Assembly (NCBI RefSeq): GCF_009557235.1
Contig: NZ_CP045650.1
Coordinates: 870,001-902,000, forward strand
Reading direction: 5' to 3'
From: Acinetobacter wanghuae
GTDB taxonomy: Bacteria > Pseudomonadota > Gammaproteobacteria > Pseudomonadales > Moraxellaceae
DNA: 32,000 nt
Part shown: positions 16,951 to 24,916 of the stretch, in pieces
How positions within the stretch are numbered: the first letter of the stretch is position 1
How the letters are laid out: each line of letters starts with the position of its first letter
The notes under the pieces: model-generated
Database searches by the model: none
What the model saw: the letters and a program-made list of their open reading frames with translations, nothing else
Told to the model about the DNA's origin: nothing
Translations under genes and position numbers: made by a program

Positions 16951-18828
16951 ATGAAGCTAAATACAGCTTTTAAACTTTCAACTTTAGCATTGGCTTTGGC
17001 ATCTACATCTTCAGTATTTGCTGCAACACTAGATACATCAGAGTTAGGTAACGATATTTGGACAGATCCTAGAGGTCCAGAAGTAGGTAATATAGATCCT
17101 TCTTTATATCAATATGTTGATGTGGGTACTGGTACTGAAGCTAAGTCTACTCAAGGTAATCCTCAACAAAATAACCTTACATCATGGTATTCAATTGTTG
17201 ATAAAGACGGTAACGTAATCCAAGAAATTATTAAAATTGAAACTCCAAAAGGTGCTGATTCTAAAACTTATAATTTTTATGATGTGACAAACCAAATTGA
17301 TCGTCAAAAATGGTTAGATGGAAATAAGCAAAGCATTGATAGTTTAACAGCTGTAGATGCAGATCATCAAAATTTCTTATCTGGTATAGCTGGCTTAGAT
17401 TACAACCAAATTTTAGAAATTCTGACAGTTCCTGAAACAGATTTAAAAAATTATACTGCTGAACAAATTAAGGCAGTGAAAGATGCTTACAACGCCAATA
17501 AGGATCTAGCTAGTAACGATAAACTTACAGATCGTGATGTGCTTGAGTCAGGTCTATTACCAACAAACCTTGGCGGTGTAACAGGTAATAAGACTGACAA
17601 AACAAACACTTTATCTACTGTGAAACGTTTAGATTCTACTTATTTAGAATATGCTGAACTTGCAAAAGAGAAAGTTGAAATTACATCAGACTTTGGTAAT
17701 TTAACAGATAAAGATGTTCAAGACCCTCAGGTTTGGTTGACAATTAACACACCTGTTACAGGTACTATTGAAACAACTTATGACCGTGGTGTAATCAACG
17801 GTATTATTAATACTGATAAAAAAGGCCACTTAAATAATTCTAACAAATACGTTAAGCATTTCAGTAATTTATTTGATAAAGATGCAAAAGTAACTGATAA
17901 CGTTTATGGTTTAGTGGCTTCTGAAGTTAAAACAGTTACTACTAATGGTACTGAAACTAAGGCAGAAATCGATCGTTATACTGCAGTTACACAAGCAGGC
18001 GTAGTTGTTTCTGATGAAATTGCTAACACTCAGACTGTTATTACATCTGAAGGTATCACTACTGGTAAGTTAACAGTTGGCGGCGTAGATGTGGGTTCTG
18101 CATTAGGTAATGCAGCTGCTTTAGGTGGATTGAGTAAGGAACAACTGGATTCAATTATCGACGGTGGTGAGCAAATTGCATCTAATACGGCAGCCATTGC
18201 TGATCTTCAAACTGAAGTTTCGAACTTAGATACTAAAGTTGACACGGAAGTTGCTCGTTTAGATGGAGAAGTAGAGCGTCTTGATGGTCGTATTGATCGT
18301 GAACTTGCTGCAAATGCCACTGCCTCAACAGAGTATACAGATAAGAAAGCGATCGAAACTTTAGCTGCAGCAGATACAGCTGCTAAAGCTGAAGATGCCA
18401 AAACGTTAACTGCTGCACAAGACTTTGCAAAAACTGAAGATGCTAAAACGCTTAAATCTGCACAGGACTTTGCTAAATCTGAAGATGCCAAAACTTTAGC
18501 TGCTGCAAATGACTATACTGATGCTGCTGTTGCAGGTTTCAATACGCGTGTTGGTCAATTAAACAACCGTATTGATGATGTTGAAAAAACTGCGTACCGT
18601 GGTATCGCAATCGCGTTGGCTGCTCAACAACAAGTTCCTAATATCGGGGCGGGTCAATTTGCAGTATTTGGTGGTGTAGGTCACTATGAAGGCGAAACTG
18701 CTGGTGCTTTAGGTGTTGCTAGTGTATTTGCTGATGGCCGTACCTCTGTAAGTGCTGCACTTGGTGTTGCTGGTGGCAGCGAAGTTGGTGGTCGTGTAGG
18801 CGTTGCATACGTATTTGGCGGTAAATAA
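16951..18828 (+). CDS. trimeric autotransporter adhesin (YadA-like C-terminal anchor), 625 aa
   Basis: Sec signal MKLNTAFKLSTLALALASTSSVFA. Ala-rich coiled-coil stalk with YTD motifs. C-terminal anchor AYRGIAIALAAQQQVP...GQFAVFGGVGHYEGETAGALGVASVF...RVGVAYVFGGK. GGAG 6 nt upstream of the ATG. Confidence 0.9.
   Translation: MKLNTAFKLSTLALALASTSSVFAATLDTSELGNDIWTDPRGPEVGNIDPSLYQYVDVGTGTEAKSTQGNPQQNNLTSWYSIVDKDGNVIQEIIKIETPKGADSKTYNFYDVTNQIDRQKWLDGNKQSIDSLTAVDADHQNFLSGIAGLDYNQILEILTVPETDLKNYTAEQIKAVKDAYNANKDLASNDKLTDRDVLESGLLPTNLGGVTGNKTDKTNTLSTVKRLDSTYLEYAELAKEKVEITSDFGNLTDKDVQDPQVWLTINTPVTGTIETTYDRGVINGIINTDKKGHLNNSNKYVKHFSNLFDKDAKVTDNVYGLVASEVKTVTTNGTETKAEIDRYTAVTQAGVVVSDEIANTQTVITSEGITTGKLTVGGVDVGSALGNAAALGGLSKEQLDSIIDGGEQIASNTAAIADLQTEVSNLDTKVDTEVARLDGEVERLDGRIDRELAANATASTEYTDKKAIETLAAADTAAKAEDAKTLTAAQDFAKTEDAKTLKSAQDFAKSEDAKTLAAANDYTDAAVAGFNTRVGQLNNRIDDVEKTAYRGIAIALAAQQQVPNIGAGQFAVFGGVGHYEGETAGALGVASVFADGRTSVSAALGVAGGSEVGGRVGVAYVFGGK
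18388..18522 (+). repeat. three in-frame tandem 45-bp repeats within the adhesin stalk
   Basis: They encode AEDAKTLTAAQDFAK / TEDAKTLKSAQDFAK / SEDAKTLAAANDYTD. Confidence 0.9.
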
Positions 18829-18846
18829 TTATTTACCTCTGAATGA

Positions 18847-18882
18847 ATAAAAAATCCCCGCATCATGCGGGGATTTTTTATT
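18847..18882. terminator. bidirectional rho-independent terminator (copy 2 of the duplicated hairpin)
   Basis: ATAAAAAATCCCCGCATCATGCGGGGATTTTTTATT. It overlaps the stop codon (18878-18880) of the convergent lipoprotein gene. Confidence 0.85.
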
Positions 18883-19363
18883 CAGGTTGTTTAATCAATT
18901 TATAATTTAAATTTGAGTCAATTTTATTTCCAGTTTCTAGTTCACGCGCTTCTACGAAGTTTTCACCGACTAAGAATTTACGATTTTCCGCTTTATCATC
19001 TAGGCTAATGATAGAGGGATTTTGTGCATCAAAACTAAAGCTGCCTTTTACTTCAAATTCATTTTTCGCTTTCGTTCCTAAATACTCTTGATTTAATTCA
19101 TAGGTTTTATCGGCATTAAGCTGTAATTCAATTTGAATACCTTCGCAATCTGCACAAGGGAACACACCCTCATATTCACCGACCCAATTTAAATTGGTTT
19201 CGGTGCTATTCATGCGTGTGGGCAGTGATTTGCTTTGCTCGGAGGTTGATGTTGACTGCTCTAATTCGCTTTCTTTCAGTGGTGCTGAACCATTATTTTG
19301 TGAACACGCAATCAATAATAAAGTCGCGAGACCAAGGGCTGAAAACTTAAAGATCTGATTCAT
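18878..19363 (-). CDS. NlpE N-terminal-domain lipoprotein (copper-resistance/CutF-like)
   Basis: Lipobox LLIAC. The YEGVFPCADCEGIQIELQLNADKTYEL motif is characteristic of the NlpE_N domain. Confidence 0.75.
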   Translation of the reverse strand: MNQIFKFSALGLATLLLIACSQNNGSAPLKESELEQSTSTSEQSKSLPTRMNSTETNLNWVGEYEGVFPCADCEGIQIELQLNADKTYELNQEYLGTKAKNEFEVKGSFSFDAQNPSIISLDDKAENRKFLVGENFVEARELETGNKIDSNLNYKLIKQPE

Positions 19364-19731
19364 ACGATTCGTTCCTTTCTATCATATGCCTCACTTAAAC
19401 AGGATCAGTCTTTGTGAAAAAGAAGCTTCTTGTAAGATTGTTTAACATTGAGTTAATGGCTTTATCGTTTTTGAGAGAGATAAATTTTAGAAAAAAGCAG
19501 AAAATGAAATACAAATATAAAGATGTGAAATGTTGTCATTAAGCACATAAAAATAATCAGTAGGGGGATTTATCTTTCAACTGGGAATTATAGTGAGCTG
19601 GCTTATGATTTAAATATTGCTGAAAATTGAGCATGCTAGGTCATATTGAGTCTATTCATCTTCTCAAGATTTTAAGCTCATCAGTCCAATATTCTCGTTC
19701 ATATAAAAACCGCAAAACTCTGATCTAAACA

Positions 19732-20052
19732 TTAATCATCTAGATCGGAGGTCAGTCCACCTAAGCTTTGACATGCGGCTTTGTACAATTCATATTGCTG
19801 CTCAACCACTTCAGTGAGTGAAATTTCAAGCTCAGAATCACCATCCTTATAATGCTGCACATAGTTTTCAGCTTTGGCTTTGCTGCTAAATAAAGATTGC
19901 TGATAATACTGAGTGACGCCACCATGAGACATTTGTGAATTTTCGATTTTAGAACAATGAAATTGGGAAAGTAACTGCTCGGCATGATTTAAATCACGAG
20001 AAAAGCAACCTGTCAGAATGAGCATGAAGCACAGTACTGTCAAAGCTTTCAT
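19732..20052 (-). CDS. hypothetical lipoprotein (106 aa)
   Basis: MKALTVLCFMLILTGC signal plus lipobox. Confidence 0.55.
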   Translation of the reverse strand: MKALTVLCFMLILTGCFSRDLNHAEQLLSQFHCSKIENSQMSHGGVTQYYQQSLFSSKAKAENYVQHYKDGDSELEISLTEVVEQQYELYKAACQSLGGLTSDLDD

Positions 20053-20239
20053 AAGAATTTTAGTGGTTTCGAAGATCGTGATTATTCTATGTTAAAAAAC
20101 CTTTATCTCAGCGAAAAAATAAACCAGATGGTCAAAAAATAGCAAAATAGAGATTTAGTTCAATATTTTTCTTTGAGTCTATTGTTTGGAAATATAGGTG
20201 GATTTGACCTTTAGCCAGAGTGGCTAGATCAATTATTGC

Positions 20240-20995
20240 TTATAAACTGCTGAATAATAAAAAGCAGCCAGAACTAAACAATAAGGCTAAAACAATGCGA
20301 TTAAAGAGTATTTCTGAAATTTTATAAAATAGTCTTGCACCTAAAATTGCGGGAACACTCACAAAAATGATTAACACCGCCATATAGGAGAGATGCGATA
20401 GATTGATTGTACTTTGCAATACATAGGTAATTAAAGTAAATACCTGAATTGCAAAATTAAAATGTCTTAAGATATAGCGTTGTTGATTTTTAGGTAGTTG
20501 CTTTAGCATGACCCATGCCGAAGGTACGGCGCCACAAAATCCGCCAAGTCCACCCAAAATCCCACCGATAAATCCAATGATGCTGTCAATTGTTTTGCCA
20601 GATTTTTTAATCATATTGAGCTGAGGATTAAACAACATAATCGGACACCAAGTCAGTAAGAAAAGACCTAAGAGTATTTTGAAGGTATCGGCTTGAATGA
20701 TGTGTAAAAGATAGCTGCCAAGTGGCACACCAATTAAGCCTGCGACAATATAAGGAATGACTAATTTTTTTGACAGGGACGGATGATTTTTTTCTTGAAG
20801 TAAGGAGATGATATGACTCCATACAGATGCAAAAACCAAAAGTGGAGCAGCTAATTGTGGGGAAAGAATCCACACCCAAAAAGACATCGCCACTAGGGCA
20901 AATGCAAAACCCGTTAAACCTTGCACGAAACCGGCGCAAGCGGCACCCATAATAAAGATTAACCAAGTCATAAACAGGTTCTTGAAATGAATCAC
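20240..20995 (-). CDS. TauE/SafE-family anion exporter membrane protein
   Basis: Polytopic, with the duplicated glycine-rich motif (AGFVQGLTGFAFALV and IGGILGGLGGFCGA) typical of TauE/SafE. The codon at 20995 is GTG; ATG at 20971 is an alternative start. Confidence 0.8.
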   Translation of the reverse strand: MIHFKNLFMTWLIFIMGAACAGFVQGLTGFAFALVAMSFWVWILSPQLAAPLLVFASVWSHIISLLQEKNHPSLSKKLVIPYIVAGLIGVPLGSYLLHIIQADTFKILLGLFLLTWCPIMLFNPQLNMIKKSGKTIDSIIGFIGGILGGLGGFCGAVPSAWVMLKQLPKNQQRYILRHFNFAIQVFTLITYVLQSTINLSHLSYMAVLIIFVSVPAILGARLFYKISEILFNRIVLALLFSSGCFLLFSSL

Positions 20996-21204
20996 AATAT
21001 TTTAAATGAATATGGTGATGAAGATGTCTGTTAGTTTAGCTGAATTTCTGCAGGTCTATGCCAAAGAAGCGTTAAACAAATGCAAGAATCAATGGTCACT
21101 CTTTATAAAACACCAATAAATCACAACAACAGTGCAACACAGGCTTCGTGCGTTCACCATTAATTCGGTCAATACTGAACTTGGATATTCAAAAGGTGAT
21201 AAAA

Positions 21205-21432
21205 ATGATGAAAAAAGTGATATTACTTTCGGTATTGGCTGTGTCTATGACAGGCTGTATGGTTGATCCTTGGGATGATGATTCTCGTCATCGCCAAGAC
21301 CGCAACGGTCATTATGATCGACATGACAAGGATCGAGATTGGAAAAACAAAGACCACCGTGATTGGAAGAATAAAGATCATCGTGACTGGAAAGACGGTC
21401 GAGCTAAACACGATGCACGACCTGATCGTTAA
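21205..21432 (+). CDS. small highly charged lipoprotein with DWKNKDHR repeats (75 aa)
   Basis: MMKKVILLSVLAVSMTGC lipobox, and AAGGTG 7 nt before ATG 21205. The mature part is about 60% D/R/K/H. Confidence 0.6.
   Translation: MMKKVILLSVLAVSMTGCMVDPWDDDSRHRQDRNGHYDRHDKDRDWKNKDHRDWKNKDHRDWKDGRAKHDARPDR
21337..21396 (+). repeat. about 2.5 tandem copies of a 24-bp in-frame repeat
   Basis: GATTGGAAAAACAAAGACCACCGT / GATTGGAAGAATAAAGATCATCGT / GACTGGAAAGAC. Confidence 0.85.
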
Positions 21433-21472
21433 TTCTTCTATTTACCCAAGCTCAATTTTGCTGTCTTGAACT

Positions 21473-21502
21473 AAAAAAGGATTCTTTAAAAGAATCCTTT
21501 TT
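21473..21502. terminator. bidirectional rho-independent terminator
   Basis: A6-GGATTCTT-TAA-AAGAATCC-T5, between the convergent lipoprotein (+) and rsmD (-) genes. Confidence 0.75.
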
Positions 21503-21507
21503 GCTTT

Positions 21508-22068
21508 TTATACATTGGAACTTTTTTGATACAACCCTGCACGAACCATACCTGCTTTGGTGTTTTTAATTAATCGCCATGAATTTGGTAAATTGAGTGT
21601 AGATAAGTCACGATCTGCTTCAACATAAATAAAAGCATCTGGCTTGATGAGTGCATCTGCCTGTTCGGCGAGCGTTTGCCATAAATCTAAACTATAGGGC
21701 GGGTCAAGAAACACCAAATCAAACTGTTCTTTTAAAGTGGAGATGGCTTGTTGAGCTGTCGTAATTTTAAGTTGAGCACGTGCTTTGGTGACTTTCAATA
21801 ACTCTAAATTATCTGTTAAAAATTGCGCCTGTGCACGATCAGGTTCAATCATCACCACTTTTGCTGCGCCACGTGATAAAGCTTCAAAAGACAAAGCACC
21901 TGAGCCTGTACAGAGATCAAGTACATTGGCATTCTGCACATCCCACATGAGCCAGTTAAATAAGGTTTCACGAACACGATCAGGCGTTGGGCGTAAGCCA
22001 TCGATACTTGCAAATGCCAACTGACGGCGTTTCCAGTCTCCACCAATAATGCGAAGTTGATTTTTCAT
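21508..22068 (-). CDS. rsmD: 16S rRNA (guanine966-N2)-methyltransferase
   Basis: LRIIGGDWKRRQL, GLRPTPDRVRETLFNWL, LDLCTGSGALSFEALSRGA, FLDPPY. Confidence 0.9.
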   Translation of the reverse strand: MKNQLRIIGGDWKRRQLAFASIDGLRPTPDRVRETLFNWLMWDVQNANVLDLCTGSGALSFEALSRGAAKVVMIEPDRAQAQFLTDNLELLKVTKARAQLKITTAQQAISTLKEQFDLVFLDPPYSLDLWQTLAEQADALIKPDAFIYVEADRDLSTLNLPNSWRLIKNTKAGMVRAGLYQKSSNV

Positions 22069-22077
22069 GTATTAGAC

Positions 22078-24096
22078 CTATTCGTCATTCACTGCTTGTG
22101 AAGCTGTTGCTGTGGTAGAAGATGCTGCATTTGGTGTGGCTTGAGTTGTACTACCCGCTGTTGCATTTGGATTGATAGGCGTGTTCCCATTAGGTAATTC
22201 ACTCGGTTTAAGACCCGCAGTCATAAGACCACCACTGACTTGTCCTGCAGCAGGCTTAATTGGATTCTTTTTACGGGTTAATAACCAATAATCGAAAATA
22301 GGTTTAGCAATTTGTGCTGCCGAACCACCATGACGCCCATTTTCCCAAACCACCGCAATTGAGATTTCAGGATCTTCCGAAGGTGCAAAGCCTACAAATA
22401 AGCCATGATCGAGTTGGCGTTCAGAGAGTAGTGCTTCGTTATAGCGTTTACCCTGTGCAATACTTTTGACTTGCGCAGTACCGGTTTTACCAGCAATCGA
22501 ATACATTGAGGTGCGAATACCACGACCGGTACCCGAGTTAATCACATCGACCATGGCCTCACGCATTTTGACCCAATCTTCAGGTTTGCCATTAAATTGG
22601 ATATGACCATTTGGCGCATTATGCACGGTGTGTAATTTGGCGCCCTTACTCTCACGTAGCACGTGTGGCGTGATATGTGCACCTTGATTCGCAGTAATTG
22701 CAGTTGCCATCGCCAATTGCAATGGCGTCGCTGTGAATGCACCTTGTCCAATACTTACAGAAATCGTTTCACCGCGTAGCCACTTAGAATTACGGGTACG
22801 CATTTTCCACTCAGGATTTGGATAGAGTCCTGAACTTTCACTTGGTAAATCCACACCCGTTTTTTCACCAAAACCAAATTGGCGCATCCACGTGTTCATT
22901 TTATCAATGCCCATACGATAAGACATGACATAGAAGAAGGTGTCACAGGACACCACTTGCGCTTTATGCAGGTTTACCGCGCCATGACCGGTCTTCTTAT
23001 GGTCACGGAAACGATGGCTATCACCGGGAAGGGTGAAATAACCGGGGTCGGAAATCGCAGTATTCCAATCCACATAACCATAATGCAAGCCGCCCATACC
23101 AAACATGGGCTTAATAGTTGAACCGGGTGGATATGCCCCTTGTACGGCACGGTTATAAAGTGGTTGATCGAGATTGTCTCTTAACGCGCTATAGTCTTTG
23201 GTGCTAATACCCGTCACAAACAAATTGGGATTAAAACTTGGGCTTGAAACAAGCGCTAAAATTTCGCCCGTTTTTGGGTTCATGGCTACAATTGCACCAC
23301 GACGACCTGCGAGCTGCTCAGACGCAACCACTTGTAAGCCATAATCTAACGATAAGAATAAATCATTGCCACGCACCGGGTCTTTACGCCCTAAATTACG
23401 TAATACATTACCAAAGGCATCGGCTTCGACAGATTCATTGCCGGGCATACCATGTAATAAATCTTCATAAGATTTTTCAACGCCAATTTTACCAATTAGG
23501 TTGGTACCAGCGTATAAATCTTTATCAATACTTTTCAGTTCTTTATCGTTAATACGTCCCACATAGCCAATCACATGCGCAAACAGTTCACCATGCGGAT
23601 AATAACGCGTCATTTGGGTGTCAATATTGACCCCCGGAAATTGGTATTTTACTTCGCTAAAACGCGCAATATCATTTTCATTGAGGTTGAGCTTAATTGT
23701 CACTCGCTCAGTTTTACGTGATGCTTTAATGCGAGTCTGAAAACGCTCAATATCTTCTTCTGTAAGCTCTAAAATCGGGGTTAAGCGTTTAATGGTGGCA
23801 TCAATATCAGGCACATCCGCACGGCTTAATGTGGCAGTGAAGACCGGATAATTATCGGCAAGTAAAATACCATTGCGATCATAAATATAACCACGTGCAG
23901 GCGCTAAAGGCTGCAAACGAATGCGGTTTTTATCAGATGCAGTGCTAAAAGTTTCATAATTGAAAATTTGCAAATAGGCATATCGACTCACCAACAGCAG
24001 CATCAATACAATCACCGTCACGATCGAAAAAATCACCCGATTGCGGTAAATGCGCTTTTCTTCTTGTCCATTTTTTAAAGGAAAATGCTGCTTCAT
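22078..24096 (-). CDS. mrdA: penicillin-binding protein 2 (elongasome transpeptidase)
   Basis: N-terminal TM helix, PBP dimerisation domain, and the transpeptidase motifs STIKP, SCD (SxN position) and KTGTA. ATG 24096 (MKQHFPLKNG) is the likely start (672 aa); the tracked start 24177 is TTG. Confidence 0.92.
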   Translation of the reverse strand: MKQHFPLKNGQEEKRIYRNRVIFSIVTVIVLMLLLVSRYAYLQIFNYETFSTASDKNRIRLQPLAPARGYIYDRNGILLADNYPVFTATLSRADVPDIDATIKRLTPILELTEEDIERFQTRIKASRKTERVTIKLNLNENDIARFSEVKYQFPGVNIDTQMTRYYPHGELFAHVIGYVGRINDKELKSIDKDLYAGTNLIGKIGVEKSYEDLLHGMPGNESVEADAFGNVLRNLGRKDPVRGNDLFLSLDYGLQVVASEQLAGRRGAIVAMNPKTGEILALVSSPSFNPNLFVTGISTKDYSALRDNLDQPLYNRAVQGAYPPGSTIKPMFGMGGLHYGYVDWNTAISDPGYFTLPGDSHRFRDHKKTGHGAVNLHKAQVVSCDTFFYVMSYRMGIDKMNTWMRQFGFGEKTGVDLPSESSGLYPNPEWKMRTRNSKWLRGETISVSIGQGAFTATPLQLAMATAITANQGAHITPHVLRESKGAKLHTVHNAPNGHIQFNGKPEDWVKMREAMVDVINSGTGRGIRTSMYSIAGKTGTAQVKSIAQGKRYNEALLSERQLDHGLFVGFAPSEDPEISIAVVWENGRHGGSAAQIAKPIFDYWLLTRKKNPIKPAAGQVSGGLMTAGLKPSELPNGNTPINPNATAGSTTQATPNAASSTTATASQAVNDE

Positions 24097-24334
24097 ACGC
24101 GATCGACTTAAGACCTGTGAGTAGGGATGTGTTGAAGTGGCATATTCTAACGCAACTACTGTGTTTTTGATATTCAAAAACCGCGATACAGAGGAGTCCG
24201 ATTAAACTTTGACTTTGTAGACATTAAAATTATAAAGACATGTATATGAGGTCGGTTAGATTTCTGATACAGTCAAAATGAATAAAAAAGGACGCAAGTC
24301 CAAAAACAAAAAATTAAGGATGATGGTGACAATA

Positions 24335-24853
24335 ATGTTTAAGTTATACCCTTTGCTTGCATGCGCAGTGCTGAGCAGTGTGGCACACGCAGGTGATTTT
24401 AAAAGTCCCCTTGAGGCAAAGTTAAGCAAGAATGACGCTCAAACGTGGAACGTAGGGGCAGGCTTTACCCAGAAATTATTGCATGCCAATGCAGAGTGGG
24501 TGAATCCTTATGGGATTGCTTATGTGAAAGGTGGTGTTTTCTTAAATGACGATCATAACATTGGTGGTCAATTGGGATTTAGACATCCCGTCCATCTGAC
24601 AGGTAAAGACAAAAATGGGTATTATGTCGGGGCATATGCAGGACATATTGAAACGCGGCCAGTGAATGGCGAGCATGAAGCACGTTTAGGTGGGGGAATT
24701 GACCTTGCCTATGTCTTACTCAGCCCAGAACGGATCAGTAGTTTTAGTATCGGCCTTGGTGCAGGCGAAGAGCTTAAAAATAGTGAGGGGAAGGTGGTTG
24801 CAGAAACTGAACCTAGGCTACAATTCTCCTATACTTTAAGTATCGGTTTATAG
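24335..24853 (+). CDS. hypothetical secreted protein, possibly a small outer-membrane beta-barrel
   Basis: Signal peptide MFKLYPLLACAVLSSVAHA, and alternating hydrophobic/Gly-rich strands (GVFLNDDHNIGGQLGF, YYVGAYAGHI, GGGIDLAYVL, LQFSYTLSIGL). The start is uncertain (24278/24320/24335). Confidence 0.5.
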   Translation: MFKLYPLLACAVLSSVAHAGDFKSPLEAKLSKNDAQTWNVGAGFTQKLLHANAEWVNPYGIAYVKGGVFLNDDHNIGGQLGFRHPVHLTGKDKNGYYVGAYAGHIETRPVNGEHEARLGGGIDLAYVLLSPERISSFSIGLGAGEELKNSEGKVVAETEPRLQFSYTLSIGL

Positions 24854-24916
24854 ACAGAATATTGACAGAATTTTTAACGCATACCGTGATCAAAAAATTA
24901 AATATGGAAGTGATAG

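Noticed and set aside
18207-18866. Antisense ORFs 18207..18491 and 18684..18866 opposite the adhesin stalk and anchor
   Set aside because: These Ala/Ser-rich translations are produced by the reverse complement of GCN-rich codons. They are shadow ORFs of the adhesin gene.
20628-20966. 112-aa ORF in another frame of the TauE/SafE gene
   Set aside because: It is on the same strand and fully nested, with a non-membrane-like, Cys/Arg-rich random-looking product. The TauE frame shows the expected TM pattern.
21223-21469. Alternative-frame ORFs 21223..21411 (-) and 21263..21469 (+) over the repeat lipoprotein gene
   Set aside because: Repeat DNA keeps several frames open. Only the 21205 frame has an SD, a signal peptide and a lipobox.
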